Positions 1 through 10,042 of a stretch of 64,000 bases of DNA are shown here, piece after piece. Under the pieces are notes generated by a model. It ran no database searches. It was not told the origin of the DNA and worked only from the letters and a program-made list of their open reading frames with translations. The DNA comes from Sedimentisphaerales bacterium. Its GTDB lineage: Bacteria; Planctomycetota; Phycisphaerae; Sedimentisphaerales; Anaerobacaceae. Position 1 is the stretch's first letter, and each line of letters begins with the position of its first letter. The stretch lies in contig OY970194.1 in NCBI GenBank assembly GCA_963708075.1, positions 5,024,001 to 5,088,000 on the forward strand, read 5' to 3'. Made by a program: the position numbers and the translations under genes.

Positions 1-1152
1 GGCGTTTTGGCCCATCTGGCGGCACAGGTCCGGATGGTCCGCCAGTTCCTGCATCGCATCGGCCAGCGCTTCCGGGCGGTACGGGTCCAGCGACCGGCCG
101 CACCGGTTCTGCTCGACCGTCTCGCCCAGCCAGCCCGGCACGTTGATCAGCACGGGTTTGCCCGCTGCCAGCGAGTCGAACATCTTGTTGGGCGACCACG
201 TGTGCTCCCTGGCCGCCCGATAGATGGTCAGACATGCGTCGCAGCCGGCTACGAGTCGGGCGACTTCCTCCTTGTCCGCCACGAGGTCGCTGAACACCAC
301 GTTCGTAAGACCATAGCTGCGTGCGAGGGATTCCAGTTCCGGCCGCTTGCCCCCGCTGCCATGGAGCACGAAGACAATGCCATTCCTCCCCCGCCCGGCC
401 AGGATCTTCGCTGCCTCAATGACGTACTCCAGGCCGTTCGCCAGGCCCATCGCGCCAAAGTAGATGGCGGCGAACCGCTTGCCCAGGCCGAGTCTCTCCC
501 GGGATGCACTGCCGTCCAGGTCCGGATGGAACAGGTCCAGGTCGCTGGCGTTCGGAATCACAGTCACCTTCTCTGCGGACGCGCCCACCCGCACGATGCC
601 CTCTTTCATGCCGGGGGACAGGGCAACAATATGGTCTGCTTTTCGATAGATTGTGCGGGCCATTCGCCGGAGCCACCAGATCGCAACGGGGTTGCTCAGG
701 GCCCCTACGTTGACCAGCGCCTCGGGCCAGAGGTCGCGCACTTCGAAGACGAAGGGGACATCGAAGTAATCGCTCAGGGCCGCTCCGGCCAGCCCGACGG
801 TCAAGGGCGTGTGCGTGGCAAAGACGAGGTCCGGCCGGGGCAGGCGCTTGCCCGCCTGGGCCGCCGCCCGGGCAAACTCGTAGAACTTGAGCATGCGCCG
901 CCAGCCGCCCAGGCTCGTGCCCATATTCGGATCGTTGTAGCCGCCGCGGACCGAGAGCACGTGGATGCCGTCGATCTCATATTCGCAGCAGGGCTCGCCC
1001 CGGCAGACGGGGAACTCGCTGTTGGCCAGCCCGGAGGTCAGCATGGTCACATCGTGACCTTTAGCCGCGAGATGCCGGCCGAACTCATACGACCGCGTCC
1101 CTGTCCGGCCCTTGCGGGAAGCGAAATACTGGTGGATATAGAATAGTCGCAT
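1..1152 (-). CDS. Glycosyltransferase family 4 (WbuB-like), 3' end runs off the window
   Basis: Read by hand on the minus strand from ATG at 1152: MRLFYIHQYFASRKGRTGTRSYEFGRHLAAKGHDVTMLTSG..., later FVFEVRDLWPE and IYFGAMGLANGLE. Absent from the ORF track because no stop falls in the window. Confidence 0.85.
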   Translation of the reverse strand, partial: MRLFYIHQYFASRKGRTGTRSYEFGRHLAAKGHDVTMLTSGLANSEFPVCRGEPCCEYEIDGIHVLSVRGGYNDPNMGTSLGGWRRMLKFYEFARAAAQAGKRLPRPDLVFATHTPLTVGLAGAALSDYFDVPFVFEVRDLWPEALVNVGALSNPVAIWWLRRMARTIYRKADHIVALSPGMKEGIVRVGASAEKVTVIPNASDLDLFHPDLDGSASRERLGLGKRFAAIYFGAMGLANGLEYVIEAAKILAGRGRNGIVFVLHGSGGKRPELESLARSYGLTNVVFSDLVADKEEVARLVAGCDACLTIYRAAREHTWSPNKMFDSLAAGKPVLINVPGWLGETVEQNRCGRSLDPYRPEALADAMQELADHPDLCRQMGQNA

Positions 1153-1215
1153 TTTATACGCCTCTTATGGCAGGCCCGACGATGGACACAATAGTCCCGT
1201 CATCGGCTCTGCGCC

Positions 1216-1308
1216 GGGTGGCAGCGGCAAGCGGAGCCTGCGGAACTTGCCGATGGGGTTTCGCAGGATGTGGGAGCCATCGCCAAGCTGCGCTTGCCGC
1301 TGCCACCC
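1216..1308. repeat. Palindromic intergenic repeat, family C (GGGTGGCAGCGGCAAG...CTTGCCGCTGCCACCC)
   Basis: Terminal inverted repeats with internal hairpins. Related copies at 3084, 21243, 29975, 42829, 47488 and 55642. Confidence 0.85.
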
Positions 1309-1402
1309 CGGCTTAGAGACTATCTCAAAACCGCACTCCGGCTTGTCATTGCGAGTCCCTGCGCCGCTGTGCGGCTGGTGTCGGGAAGAAACGAGATGGT
1401 TT

Positions 1403-1482
1403 GGGTGCCATGCTTACGCTTGCGTGAGCATGGCTTGCCCCCACCGAGAAGACATGTCTACGCAAACGTAGACATGGCACCC
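1403..1482. repeat. Palindromic intergenic repeat, family A (GGGTGCCATGCTTACGC...CGTAGACATGGCACCC)
   Basis: Near-identical copies at 8609, 11354, 15388 and 51442. Confidence 0.9.
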
Positions 1483-1554
1483 GATGCGGTAGACAAGACT
1501 CCTCGACTATGGAGTGCAGTCACACACCAGGTCGGCCCCTGCGGCGGAAAGTGC

Positions 1555-1583
1555 TTGCCTGTTCCGGCGGCTCTTGGTATAAT
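1555..1583 (+). promoter_or_regulatory. Sigma70-type promoter
   Basis: TTGCCT-17 nt-TATAAT with TG just upstream of the -10, ahead of the 1721 CDS. Confidence 0.6.
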
Positions 1584-1720
1584 TACGCACAGTGTTCGCC
1601 GGGGGCTTTAACGGAATTCTGCCTCTGGAGGAGGGGATTGCTGTAGGCATGGGCTTGGACGACTCTGCCGTGTACGCCGTATGGCTGCCCTGCCGTACGA
1701 GCCGGGGGATGGTCTGCTGT

Positions 1721-3076
1721 ATGACCAAATGGGTGGTTCTTCTACCGCGTCTGACTCTCTGCCTTGCTGCGCTGGTCACGGCAGCATCCGGCGCCCCCGT
1801 CTCGACTCAGACCAGCCGGGCAGCCTACGCGATGGTCCTGCCCAGCTTGAATCCCAACCTGCCCGCCTCGGCCGAGGAGAATCTGCCTCTGCTGCATCAA
1901 CGCTTGCTTATGGCCTTCGCCGGTGATTACGGGACGTATCTGATGGATCATCAGAGCAGGAACCTCGCTGACGGCATGACGGTTTACTACCTGCGGCAGG
2001 AACTCCAGGCCCTGACGGATATGTGGCGGGCCACCGGCAAGGACATGTACCTCGATTTCGCCGCCGACCTCAGCCTGCAGGCCATCCAGGCGGCTATCGA
2101 CAATCGCCGGCCACTGCTTCGATATGGGGAGTCCCGGGGCGACTGGCCCTGCTTTTATCTCGAATCCGTGCAGGCCCAGACGGGCGGCCACAGCCAACTT
2201 TGTGACTTCCAGGGTTGTGCCGGTTTTCTCAACGTCGCGTGCATCCTGCAGCAGCTCAACCGCCCTGAGTGGGAGCCAATCACTGACTTCGTGGAACACC
2301 AGGTCGTTGAGAAATGGCTCTATTATAAGCCCAGCATCACGTCCGCGGACATGAAGCTCGGTCCCAACTCCACCAAGAACCTCCTCGTGATCCTGAATGG
2401 CGCTCGCGACGTCCGCGAGCATTTCGCCTGCATCTGCCTGGACCTCCACAGCCTGGGGCGTCGCGACTACGCCTATGACGAATGGGCCAACCTGCTGATC
2501 GATCTGTACCTGACACTGCGGCACGATCCGAATCAGGTCGCTCCCCACTATAACGAGATGCCCGAACGCATCCCCGCCAACTGGGGCCTGTCCGTCCGCT
2601 CAACAGCGGATGGGCACATCTGGCTGGCCGTCCCGAACTATGATCCGGCCCGCTGGGACGAGCCGACGGACACTTCCCACGCGAATCGCGTCGCCTGGCT
2701 GGCTACCAAAGCCTACGCCGAAGGTCTTGTCAGGCCGGAGGTGATCACTGGTCTGGTCAACACGTTCCGCTATCAGATCTGGGCTCCCGACAAAGGACCC
2801 TTCTACTTCAACAACTTCGTGGACGGCAGCGACGGCGAGATGAACGGATTGTCGAGCGGCAGGGGCGGCAACGTCTGGTTCGGCTGGCACCGGCTCGCCG
2901 CTCACGACGACGGCCTCAGGACCCTGTTTCTCGACATGGCCTACGACCTCACCGCCGGAGGCCAGAACCTGCCCTACGGCGCCCAGAACAAATCCATGGT
3001 GAACGCCCAAACCTGCCTGGAGGCCTGGGCCGTACGCCTGCTCGCCGACGAAGGATATCCCTGGATCTTCCCCTGA
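1721..3076 (+). CDS. Secreted hypothetical protein, possibly an alpha/alpha-barrel carbohydrate-active enzyme
   Basis: Signal-peptide-like N-terminus (MTKWVVLLPRLTLCLAALVTAASG), helical and aromatic-rich body, DTSHANR motif. The fold is an inference. Confidence 0.6.
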   Translation: MTKWVVLLPRLTLCLAALVTAASGAPVSTQTSRAAYAMVLPSLNPNLPASAEENLPLLHQRLLMAFAGDYGTYLMDHQSRNLADGMTVYYLRQELQALTDMWRATGKDMYLDFAADLSLQAIQAAIDNRRPLLRYGESRGDWPCFYLESVQAQTGGHSQLCDFQGCAGFLNVACILQQLNRPEWEPITDFVEHQVVEKWLYYKPSITSADMKLGPNSTKNLLVILNGARDVREHFACICLDLHSLGRRDYAYDEWANLLIDLYLTLRHDPNQVAPHYNEMPERIPANWGLSVRSTADGHIWLAVPNYDPARWDEPTDTSHANRVAWLATKAYAEGLVRPEVITGLVNTFRYQIWAPDKGPFYFNNFVDGSDGEMNGLSSGRGGNVWFGWHRLAAHDDGLRTLFLDMAYDLTAGGQNLPYGAQNKSMVNAQTCLEAWAVRLLADEGYPWIFP

Positions 3077-3083
3077 CCAGGAT

Positions 3084-3115
3084 CCATCGGCAAGCTGCAC
3101 TTGCCGCTGCCACCC
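3084..3115. repeat. Half copy of family C repeat
   Basis: CCATCGGCAAGCTGCACTTGCCGCTGCCACCC. Confidence 0.75.
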
Positions 3116-3167
3116 GCCAAGGCTGATCTATTCGTTCAGACTAAACAGCCACGAAGGGGACAGTCCT

Positions 3168-3259
3168 GGGTGGCACGGGCAAACTCGTTTGCCCGTGGGG
3201 TTTCGAAGGGTCAGGCTCAATCGAATGAGCACCGTCAAACAAGTTTGGCGGTGCCACCC
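3168..3259. repeat. Palindromic repeat, family B (GGGTGGCACGGGCAAAC...GGCGGTGCCACCC)
   Basis: Same terminal motif and two-hairpin layout as families A and C. Confidence 0.7.
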
Positions 3260-3281
3260 GGCCTGATGACACTGTGACTTC

Positions 3282-4412
3282 TCACGCACACTCTCGGTCG
3301 AGGCAGATGTGGTCGCCCTGATTGTATCCGGCGAGGACTTTGACGATTCGCTCGGCGGTTTTGCCGTCCCAGAGATCGGGCGTTTTGCCCGGCTTCCAGT
3401 GGCCGGAAAGAATCCGCCGTGACTTTTCCTCCACGGTATCGAGGTCCGCCAGCTCGTTCGTGCCCTCGCTGATCGTGATGGGACGCTCCGTGTTCGGACG
3501 CAACGTCAGACAGGGCAGTTTCAGGAACGTCGTTTCCTCCTGAATCCCTCCGGAATCCGTGAGAATGAACCGTGCGTTCTTCTCGAGTGTGATGAACTCG
3601 CGGTACCGGACCGGATCGACGATCTGGAACGCGGGTTGCAGCGCGATATCGATGCCGAAGGCCCCGATGTTCTTCTTCGTCCTCGGATGCATTGGGAAGA
3701 CCACCGGCGCCTCAGCGGCCAACGTGTTGAGGTACTTCAGGATTCGCCGCAGGCTGTGCGGCTCGTCCACGTTCGAGGGACGATGCAGAGTCACCAGCAC
3801 GTACTGGCCTTGGCGCAGGTTCCACCGCCGCAGGATCTCCAACTCCTGCTCCCGGCTGATCCGGCCCAGGATCGTCACGAGCGAATCGATCATGATATTG
3901 CCCACGAGATGAATCCGGTTCTTCCTCACCCCTTCCGTGATCAGGTTGGCGTCCCCGTCGGGCGAGGGCGTGAACAGCAGGTCTGAGATCGTATCCGTCA
4001 CCCGCCGGTTAATCTCCTCCGGCATGGTCTCATCGCGGCTGCGCAGACCCGCCTCCACGTGCGCCACGGGGACCAGCAGCTTCTTGGCGGTCAGGCTGCA
4101 GGCCAGCGTCGAATTGACGTCCCCGAAGACCACCACGAGGTCCGCGTGATCGCCGAGAAGGACCTTCTCGAATTCCACCATGATCCGCGCGGTTTGCTCG
4201 GCGTGGGAGCCGGAGCTTGTCCCCAGGAAATGGTGCGGCTCGGGCAGCTCCAGATCCTCGAAGAACGCCTGCGACATGGCGTAGTCGTAGTGCTGGCCCG
4301 TGTGCACGATGGTCGGCCGCAGGTTCCGCGTCCCGGCCAGCGCGAAGTACAGCGGGGCCATCTTCATGAAATTCGGCCGGGCGCCGACAATCAGAAATAT
4401 TTGCGACATCAA
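3282..4412 (-). CDS. wecB: UDP-N-acetylglucosamine 2-epimerase (non-hydrolysing)
   Basis: GARPNFMK, HTGQHYD, HVEAGLRS, TDSGGIQEE and TERP motifs. Confidence 0.93.
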   Translation of the reverse strand: MMSQIFLIVGARPNFMKMAPLYFALAGTRNLRPTIVHTGQHYDYAMSQAFFEDLELPEPHHFLGTSSGSHAEQTARIMVEFEKVLLGDHADLVVVFGDVNSTLACSLTAKKLLVPVAHVEAGLRSRDETMPEEINRRVTDTISDLLFTPSPDGDANLITEGVRKNRIHLVGNIMIDSLVTILGRISREQELEILRRWNLRQGQYVLVTLHRPSNVDEPHSLRRILKYLNTLAAEAPVVFPMHPRTKKNIGAFGIDIALQPAFQIVDPVRYREFITLEKNARFILTDSGGIQEETTFLKLPCLTLRPNTERPITISEGTNELADLDTVEEKSRRILSGHWKPGKTPDLWDGKTAERIVKVLAGYNQGDHICLDRECA

Positions 4413-5566
4413 TCACCTCGTGACTTCCCGAGGACTTCATCATAGATCCTCAGGAGTTCTTTGCTTTCCGCCTCCCAGTTGTACTTCTCCAGTACGGCCC
4501 GGCGGCCGTTTTCGCCCATCCGCCGCGCCTCGTCCGGATGCTCGATCAGGTACTCCATCGCCCGCGCGATCTCCGGCGGCTTCGACGGATCGACAATCAG
4601 CCCGCAATGGCTCCCCTCCACCACCTCCCGATACAGCGGGAAGTTCGACGCGATCACCGGCAGACCCACCAGCATGTAGTCGAACAGCTTGTTCGGCAGA
4701 CAGCTCGTGTTATTCGAGTACGGCAGGTACGTGATCACGCCCATGGACGCCTGCGACGAGAGCTTCTCCTTCTCATCATACGGCACCCACGCGATGAACT
4801 CAACATTTGCCTCCAGGCCCAGCTTCTTCACCAGGTCCCGGACCTCGCCCTCGAACGAGGCCGGACTGTACGAGCCGACGAGGCACAGCTTCCAGCGGGG
4901 ATGCTTCTTGACGACCTCGGCAAGGGCCTGCACCACTTCGAGCAGCCCCCGGATTTTCGACATGCCGCCGAGATAGACGATCTTCTCCTGCGGCTGTCTG
5001 GGTGGCGTCCTGGACAACTCCATGATCGGGTAGTTCTCCACGCGGCCCGCGCGGACTTTCATCGTTCCATACCGGGCGCCGACGAGCGGAGTCGTATAAA
5101 TGACATAATCAAAGAAGCGGATCACCGCCCGCTCGAACAGGTCGAATGACCGGCTGATCAGCCGGCGCAGCGGCTTCGAAATGTAATACTTGTCCAGGAT
5201 GCTGTTCGGGTAGTGCTCGTGCGCATCCCAGATCACCTTCTTGCCGCGAAGCTTCAGGAGCAGGCCGACGATCATCAGCTCCGGATCGTGGAAATGATAG
5301 ACGTCGGCGTCCTCCTGCACCGCCAGCCGGTGCAGCCGCCGCATGACCTTCGCGACTCGCTCGATGCGATTCTTCGGCGCAGGCAGAGGCAGCACACGCA
5401 CCCCACCCACGACCTCCTCTTTCGTGTGCCGGGCGATCAGCGTGACGTCGTAGCCCGCCTTCGCCAGGCTCCTGGCCTCTTTATGGAAGATGCGTCCGTC
5501 AAAGGGCATGTGGACCGAGGTCAGCACACAGACCTTGCCGCGATGTTGCCTGGGTGCATCAGTCAT
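4409..5566 (-). CDS. Glycosyltransferase family 4
   Basis: YHFHDPEL, WDAHEHY and PNKLFDYM...GLPVIAS motifs. Confidence 0.9.
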   Translation of the reverse strand: MTDAPRQHRGKVCVLTSVHMPFDGRIFHKEARSLAKAGYDVTLIARHTKEEVVGGVRVLPLPAPKNRIERVAKVMRRLHRLAVQEDADVYHFHDPELMIVGLLLKLRGKKVIWDAHEHYPNSILDKYYISKPLRRLISRSFDLFERAVIRFFDYVIYTTPLVGARYGTMKVRAGRVENYPIMELSRTPPRQPQEKIVYLGGMSKIRGLLEVVQALAEVVKKHPRWKLCLVGSYSPASFEGEVRDLVKKLGLEANVEFIAWVPYDEKEKLSSQASMGVITYLPYSNNTSCLPNKLFDYMLVGLPVIASNFPLYREVVEGSHCGLIVDPSKPPEIARAMEYLIEHPDEARRMGENGRRAVLEKYNWEAESKELLRIYDEVLGKSRGD

Positions 5567-6800
5567 TCGCGACCTCGCTTGCCACAGGCGGCTTCACGAG
5601 CGACCACAGCACCTCCGCGAAGGCGCGGGCGTTGCGCTCGCTATCGAAGACGTTGCGGGCGCGAGCCAATCCATGCTGTCCCGCAGACTGCCGGAATCCT
5701 TCATCAACAATCATCCGCTCCATCGCCGCCTGGAGTTGGCTGGTGTCTCTCGCATCAACAAGCAGGCCGGTTCCGCCATCGATCACCGCTTCCGGCACGC
5801 CGCCCACTTTTGTCGCGACGATAGCCAGGCCGCAGTTCATCGCTTCCAAAACAGCCTGCGGCATCCCTTCGCTATAGGACGGCAAGACGAGAAAGTCCGA
5901 CCCCTGCAAGAAGAGCGGAACCCGCTCTGGTGCGATGCGGCCGGGCAGTACGACAGCACCATCCTGCCCAACGTGATCCCGCAGGGACAGAAGCCTGTCG
6001 CGCAAGGGCCCATCGCCAACGCATACAAGCTGAAAGTGCGAGTGCCTCCTGAGCACTGGCTCAGCGGCTGCCACCAGCTCCTCCATCCCCTTGGTTTCCA
6101 CCAACCCCCCGAGATAGATCGCCACAACATTATCCACGGGCCAGCCGAGTTGCTCGCGGATTCGGGCTCTATCCTGCGGCGGCGTGAACTCCGTCGCGTC
6201 TCGGCCCAGGTAGATGCACAATGGTTCGCGCTTGCACCGGCCCGTCTCGGCAAGACGTCTGCAGATGGATTGGCTGACCCCCACGGGCAGATCGACTCGT
6301 TCGAGCGTATCACAGAGCCGCCGCCACAGAGCCACCATCCGATCCGGGTACACCATCACGTCGCTGCCCACCGCCAGACTGACGACGGGCAAGCCAAGTG
6401 CGGAACCAATCTCTACAGCCGCCTCGGCGTCTGGGAGCATAGACACGCCCAGCACCAGATCGAATCGCTGCTCCTCATGCCAGCGACGGGCCGCCGGCAG
6501 CAGGGCATGGGCCATGAAACGCCCTTCGAATCGGCGAAAGCCGAAGCCCGGCGGCCGGAGGTACGGTACGGAACGGGCCTGAAATCCATCAGGCGAGGCT
6601 AAAGGATTCGCCGGCCCGTACGTGCGCCAGCGCGGAATACAGTGCAGCGGCCACGGCGCCCAGGGTCGAGGCACGAGAAATGAAAGCTCGATGCCGTACT
6701 TGCGCAGGCACTGCGCCTCGCGGCAGATGAAGACCCCATACTGCCCGGAGGCCGTCGTGGGGAACATGTGGCTGATCGCCAGTATGCGGGGATTGCTCAT
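5559..6800 (-). CDS. Glycosyltransferase family 4 (TuaC-like)
   Basis: LPSYSEGMPQAVLEAMNCGLAIVATKVGGVPE (E-x7-E motif). Confidence 0.9.
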   Translation of the reverse strand: MSNPRILAISHMFPTTASGQYGVFICREAQCLRKYGIELSFLVPRPWAPWPLHCIPRWRTYGPANPLASPDGFQARSVPYLRPPGFGFRRFEGRFMAHALLPAARRWHEEQRFDLVLGVSMLPDAEAAVEIGSALGLPVVSLAVGSDVMVYPDRMVALWRRLCDTLERVDLPVGVSQSICRRLAETGRCKREPLCIYLGRDATEFTPPQDRARIREQLGWPVDNVVAIYLGGLVETKGMEELVAAAEPVLRRHSHFQLVCVGDGPLRDRLLSLRDHVGQDGAVVLPGRIAPERVPLFLQGSDFLVLPSYSEGMPQAVLEAMNCGLAIVATKVGGVPEAVIDGGTGLLVDARDTSQLQAAMERMIVDEGFRQSAGQHGLARARNVFDSERNARAFAEVLWSLVKPPVASEVAND

Positions 6801-6902
6801 CGTGGTTCGCGGCTCATCGTTTTAGTCAGCCGCAGGGACGTAAGGGGCCAACAAGATGCAAAAGCAGGGCAAAGGCAAAGTGGCTTGACAGATCACATCC
6901 AT

Positions 6903-6978
6903 GTCATTGTGAGGAGCGTAGCGACGAAGCAATCTCGACTCTCAGCATGGGAGATTGCTTCGCTTCGCTCGCAATGAC
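6903..6978. repeat. Palindromic element GTCATTGTGAGGAGCGTAGCGACGAAGCAATCTC...GAGATTGCTTCGCTTCGCTCGCAATGAC
   Basis: Long imperfect inverted repeat with GTCAT/ATGAC ends, in an intergenic gap. Confidence 0.75.
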
Positions 6979-7051
6979 CTATGGGGCACTGCCACGGAGC
7001 GACTTTGCGTTTGTCTTGGACACAAAGGACGCGCGATCCTTTGTCTTACGG

Positions 7052-8521
7052 CTATCCGATTTCTTCGCTTGAGAGCTGCGGTGTCTGCGACTCGTCTTCT
7101 TCCGCTTCTTCGGACGACTGATCCTGGGACTCATCGTGCCACCAGCCCAAGCGCTCGGCCGCCAGGACAAATGCCAGGAAGGCCCAATAGTACTTCGCTG
7201 AGAGCTGCTTGATATTGAGCCCCATCACCAGCAGGTACGTCAGCACCGCCCGGGCGTAGAGCTTCTCCAGCGTCAAAGGCGTTCGCTTCACCGTCAGCAT
7301 CAGCAGGATCACGAAGATCGTGAACAGGATGGCCCCGGGGATTCCATAGACCCCAAGTGCGAAGAAGAAATCATTGTGAGGCCAGATCTGGCTGCCGGTC
7401 CGCTCGAACCAGCTATAATAACCTGTGCCTGCCGGCCAGAAGAGCACGGCGTTCCAGGCGTTCTTCACGGCCGTCATGCGAAACTCCACCGCCTCCTGGG
7501 CCCGTTGAAGATTCGTCAGGCGCTCGACGACCGAGGTCGCCAGGCCCTGTTGCTTGATCAGTAGTCCCGCCGACACCGAGGCCAGCACGATCGCCAGCAG
7601 CAGCATCGCCGCCAGCGCCGGTCGACGCAGCACCTGACGCACGAACAGCAGGGGCGACAACATCGTGAACGCAAGCGCCACCAGGCCACCACGTGAGCCG
7701 ATCCGAAGCATCATCACCGGCAGGAACAACATCGCCACGAGGTAGATCACCCGCCAGAACAGGCTCCGGTCCCGGGCAAACAGGTAAATCGCCGACAGGA
7801 ACGCGATGGCGGCCAGTGCGGCAAGCATGTTCGCGTCAATGGAACGGCCGAGCGTGGCGGAGAACCGCGGGTCACGCGTCTCCTGGACCGCGCGAATCGC
7901 CGCCCCGGTCTTGATCGCCAGGACGATGGTCCCGATCATGCCCACAACATAGCTGCGCAATGCCCAGCGGAACGTGCTCTCGTCATTCGTCTCGAGAATC
8001 CAGTAAACGAGAAGGAACAGAATGAGTAACTGAACCTGCGTGAACGCTCGCATCACTTCCATGGCCAGGTATGGCTGGGCCAGGGACACGCAGCCGATCC
8101 ACACGCACAGGATCGCGGCCACCCACAGGGCTTTGTGCCGGATTCGCAGGCCCGGGCGGGTCAGCAGCACATTGAGAAAGAAACTGACCGCCACGGCCAC
8201 GCCGATGCCCCGGTCGAGACTGAACACTTCCCCGTAGCCCACGCCCGCGCCCGTCGGCAGAATCATCATGAGCAGGCACAGGGCGAACGTCGGTTTGAGC
8301 ACCATGCCGACGAAGGTAGGCACCGCGATGATGGCGACACCCGCGAGCACGTTGTGCGCCAGGAAGATGACGCCGAACCCGACGGCACAGATGACGAGCC
8401 AGACCACCAGCAGCAGGAAATACATCGCCGGCGGAAACTGAATATCGGACGTGCGCTCCTCGGTTTCTTCGAGCAGCCCGTCTGCGTCTATTTCACTGGC
8501 GTATGTCGTGTCCATCAGCAC
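7052..8521 (-). CDS. O-antigen ligase/polymerase (Wzy/WaaL-like) membrane protein
   Basis: Many TM helices. IDAN, GSRGG, GTG and PHNDF motifs typical of Wzy_C. Confidence 0.82.
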   Translation of the reverse strand: MLMDTTYASEIDADGLLEETEERTSDIQFPPAMYFLLLVVWLVICAVGFGVIFLAHNVLAGVAIIAVPTFVGMVLKPTFALCLLMMILPTGAGVGYGEVFSLDRGIGVAVAVSFFLNVLLTRPGLRIRHKALWVAAILCVWIGCVSLAQPYLAMEVMRAFTQVQLLILFLLVYWILETNDESTFRWALRSYVVGMIGTIVLAIKTGAAIRAVQETRDPRFSATLGRSIDANMLAALAAIAFLSAIYLFARDRSLFWRVIYLVAMLFLPVMMLRIGSRGGLVALAFTMLSPLLFVRQVLRRPALAAMLLLAIVLASVSAGLLIKQQGLATSVVERLTNLQRAQEAVEFRMTAVKNAWNAVLFWPAGTGYYSWFERTGSQIWPHNDFFFALGVYGIPGAILFTIFVILLMLTVKRTPLTLEKLYARAVLTYLLVMGLNIKQLSAKYYWAFLAFVLAAERLGWWHDESQDQSSEEAEEDESQTPQLSSEEIG

Positions 8522-8608
8522 AAATATCGGCCGTCTGCGGCCCCGCCGTTACCCGTTTGGAGCCTTGTACACACCATGGCTGCGCCGCATCCTCGGAGGA
8601 CTATCGCC

Positions 8609-8685
8609 GGGTGCCATGTCTACGCTTGCGTAGACATGCTTCATGCGACAGCGAACATGCTTACGCAAGCGTAAGCATGGCACCC
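8609..8685. repeat. Family A palindromic repeat
   Basis: GGGTGCCATGTCTACGCTTGCGTAGACATG...CATGCTTACGCAAGCGTAAGCATGGCACCC. Confidence 0.9.
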
Positions 8686-8710
8686 AGCTTGACGCTGCCA
8701 CCCATTGCGG

Positions 8711-10024
8711 TCATGGCGTGCCATTCTTGCTCAGAACCGCCTCGCGCTTGGCGGTCTCCTGCGGTCTTCTTCGCTTCAGGCGTTGAGTCATGCTCAAGAG
8801 CCTGCGCAGGATGCGGTGGTTGCCTGATAGCACGTACCGCGCGATAAGCAGCTTCAGCATGTTCAGGTAGTCGCTCGGGATCGGGGCCATCAGTTTCTGG
8901 CGATACGCAGGCACGTGCCGTCCCCATAGCCGCGCCAGCAGCATCCGGGCCTTGAGCTTTCTCTTTTTGAATAACGCCCGGCCTTGTGAGGCCAGCAGCG
9001 GTTGGAGGCCAAGTTCCGATAACTCGACCGCCTCCCGTGCCGCCGCCGCTTCAAGCAGCTCCTCCGCCTCCGGCGTTCGCGAGACGACAAATGAACTGCC
9101 CACCTTATCGGTCTTGACGAGCTCCGGAAGCCACGCGTCGCCGCAGGACAGGTCGCTCAGCTCGCCCAGCATGTCGCTGCACAACATGCAGCGCCACAGG
9201 GAATACGGGCCGAGCCTTCTATAGTACTGCGCCAGCGGGACCACGGTCTCAGTCCCATCCTTCACGCGCACCAGCATGCTCCCGGGCCAGCCCCGGCCGC
9301 GATACTGCAGCTCCTGGACCTCCGCGGGCGGAATACCCAGGCTCTCGATGAATCGCCTTGTCCCGTGAAAACTGTAATCGAAGCTGCACGCGATGCTGAT
9401 CCGGTAGCGGATTCTCCCCGACAACTCGGCAATCTGCTGTTCGGCCTTGCGGATGCCCTGGATATGACACGGCAGTCCGACGACGGCGAACCGACCCTTG
9501 GACTTGAGAATCTCTTTGACCGCCGCGCCGATCGTCACGGGACAATACTTCGAGCCGGCGGCGGACAGAATTTCCCGCCGGGTTCTTGCGATGAAAGGCT
9601 CGGGCGTCAGCGGATTGTCGCTTCGCATCCGCGTCACCAGCGCACCGTCGATCAAGTCATGCTCCAGCGCAAAGATCAGCAGGGCTGTCACCAGGCCGCC
9701 CGAGGCGCTGTCGTATCGAATGCTCCCGTCGCAGGCGTGGCCGACGTATGTGGCGAGGTATCGGCCTAGAGCAATGTCGCCGGGAATATCCCCGAAGAGC
9801 CTCTTGCTCAATCCCTCGAAATCGACACTGTGGCCGGGACAGACCTCGTAGCATAGCCCGCAATGGCGGCAATTCTCCTCGCGCATCTGCGGCACGAAGC
9901 AGCCCTGCGAATCGTCCGTGGTCATGTTGAGGGCCTCGTGCGGACAAATCGCCGCGCATACGCCACAGCCCGTGCACAGCTTGCGCTTTACGACCCACTG
10001 GATTGTCAGTCGCTTATCTTTCAC
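8711..10024 (-). CDS. Coenzyme F420 hydrogenase/dehydrogenase beta-subunit (FrhB/FdhB)-like Fe-S protein
   Basis: Two CxxCxxCxxxCP ferredoxin motifs. SASGG, GSKY, VGLPCH, YRGRGWPG and GDAW motifs. Confidence 0.85.
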   Translation of the reverse strand: MKDKRLTIQWVVKRKLCTGCGVCAAICPHEALNMTTDDSQGCFVPQMREENCRHCGLCYEVCPGHSVDFEGLSKRLFGDIPGDIALGRYLATYVGHACDGSIRYDSASGGLVTALLIFALEHDLIDGALVTRMRSDNPLTPEPFIARTRREILSAAGSKYCPVTIGAAVKEILKSKGRFAVVGLPCHIQGIRKAEQQIAELSGRIRYRISIACSFDYSFHGTRRFIESLGIPPAEVQELQYRGRGWPGSMLVRVKDGTETVVPLAQYYRRLGPYSLWRCMLCSDMLGELSDLSCGDAWLPELVKTDKVGSSFVVSRTPEAEELLEAAAAREAVELSELGLQPLLASQGRALFKKRKLKARMLLARLWGRHVPAYRQKLMAPIPSDYLNMLKLLIARYVLSGNHRILRRLLSMTQRLKRRRPQETAKREAVLSKNGTP

Positions 10025-10042
10025 GATTCTAAATGTACTCCC

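Noticed and set aside
7..1146. Long antisense ORFs (also 28162-29907, 33017-34453, 40089-41492, 45904-47349, 52466-54229, 55644-57131)
   Set aside because: Shadow frames opposite genes with clear motifs, as expected in GC-rich DNA.
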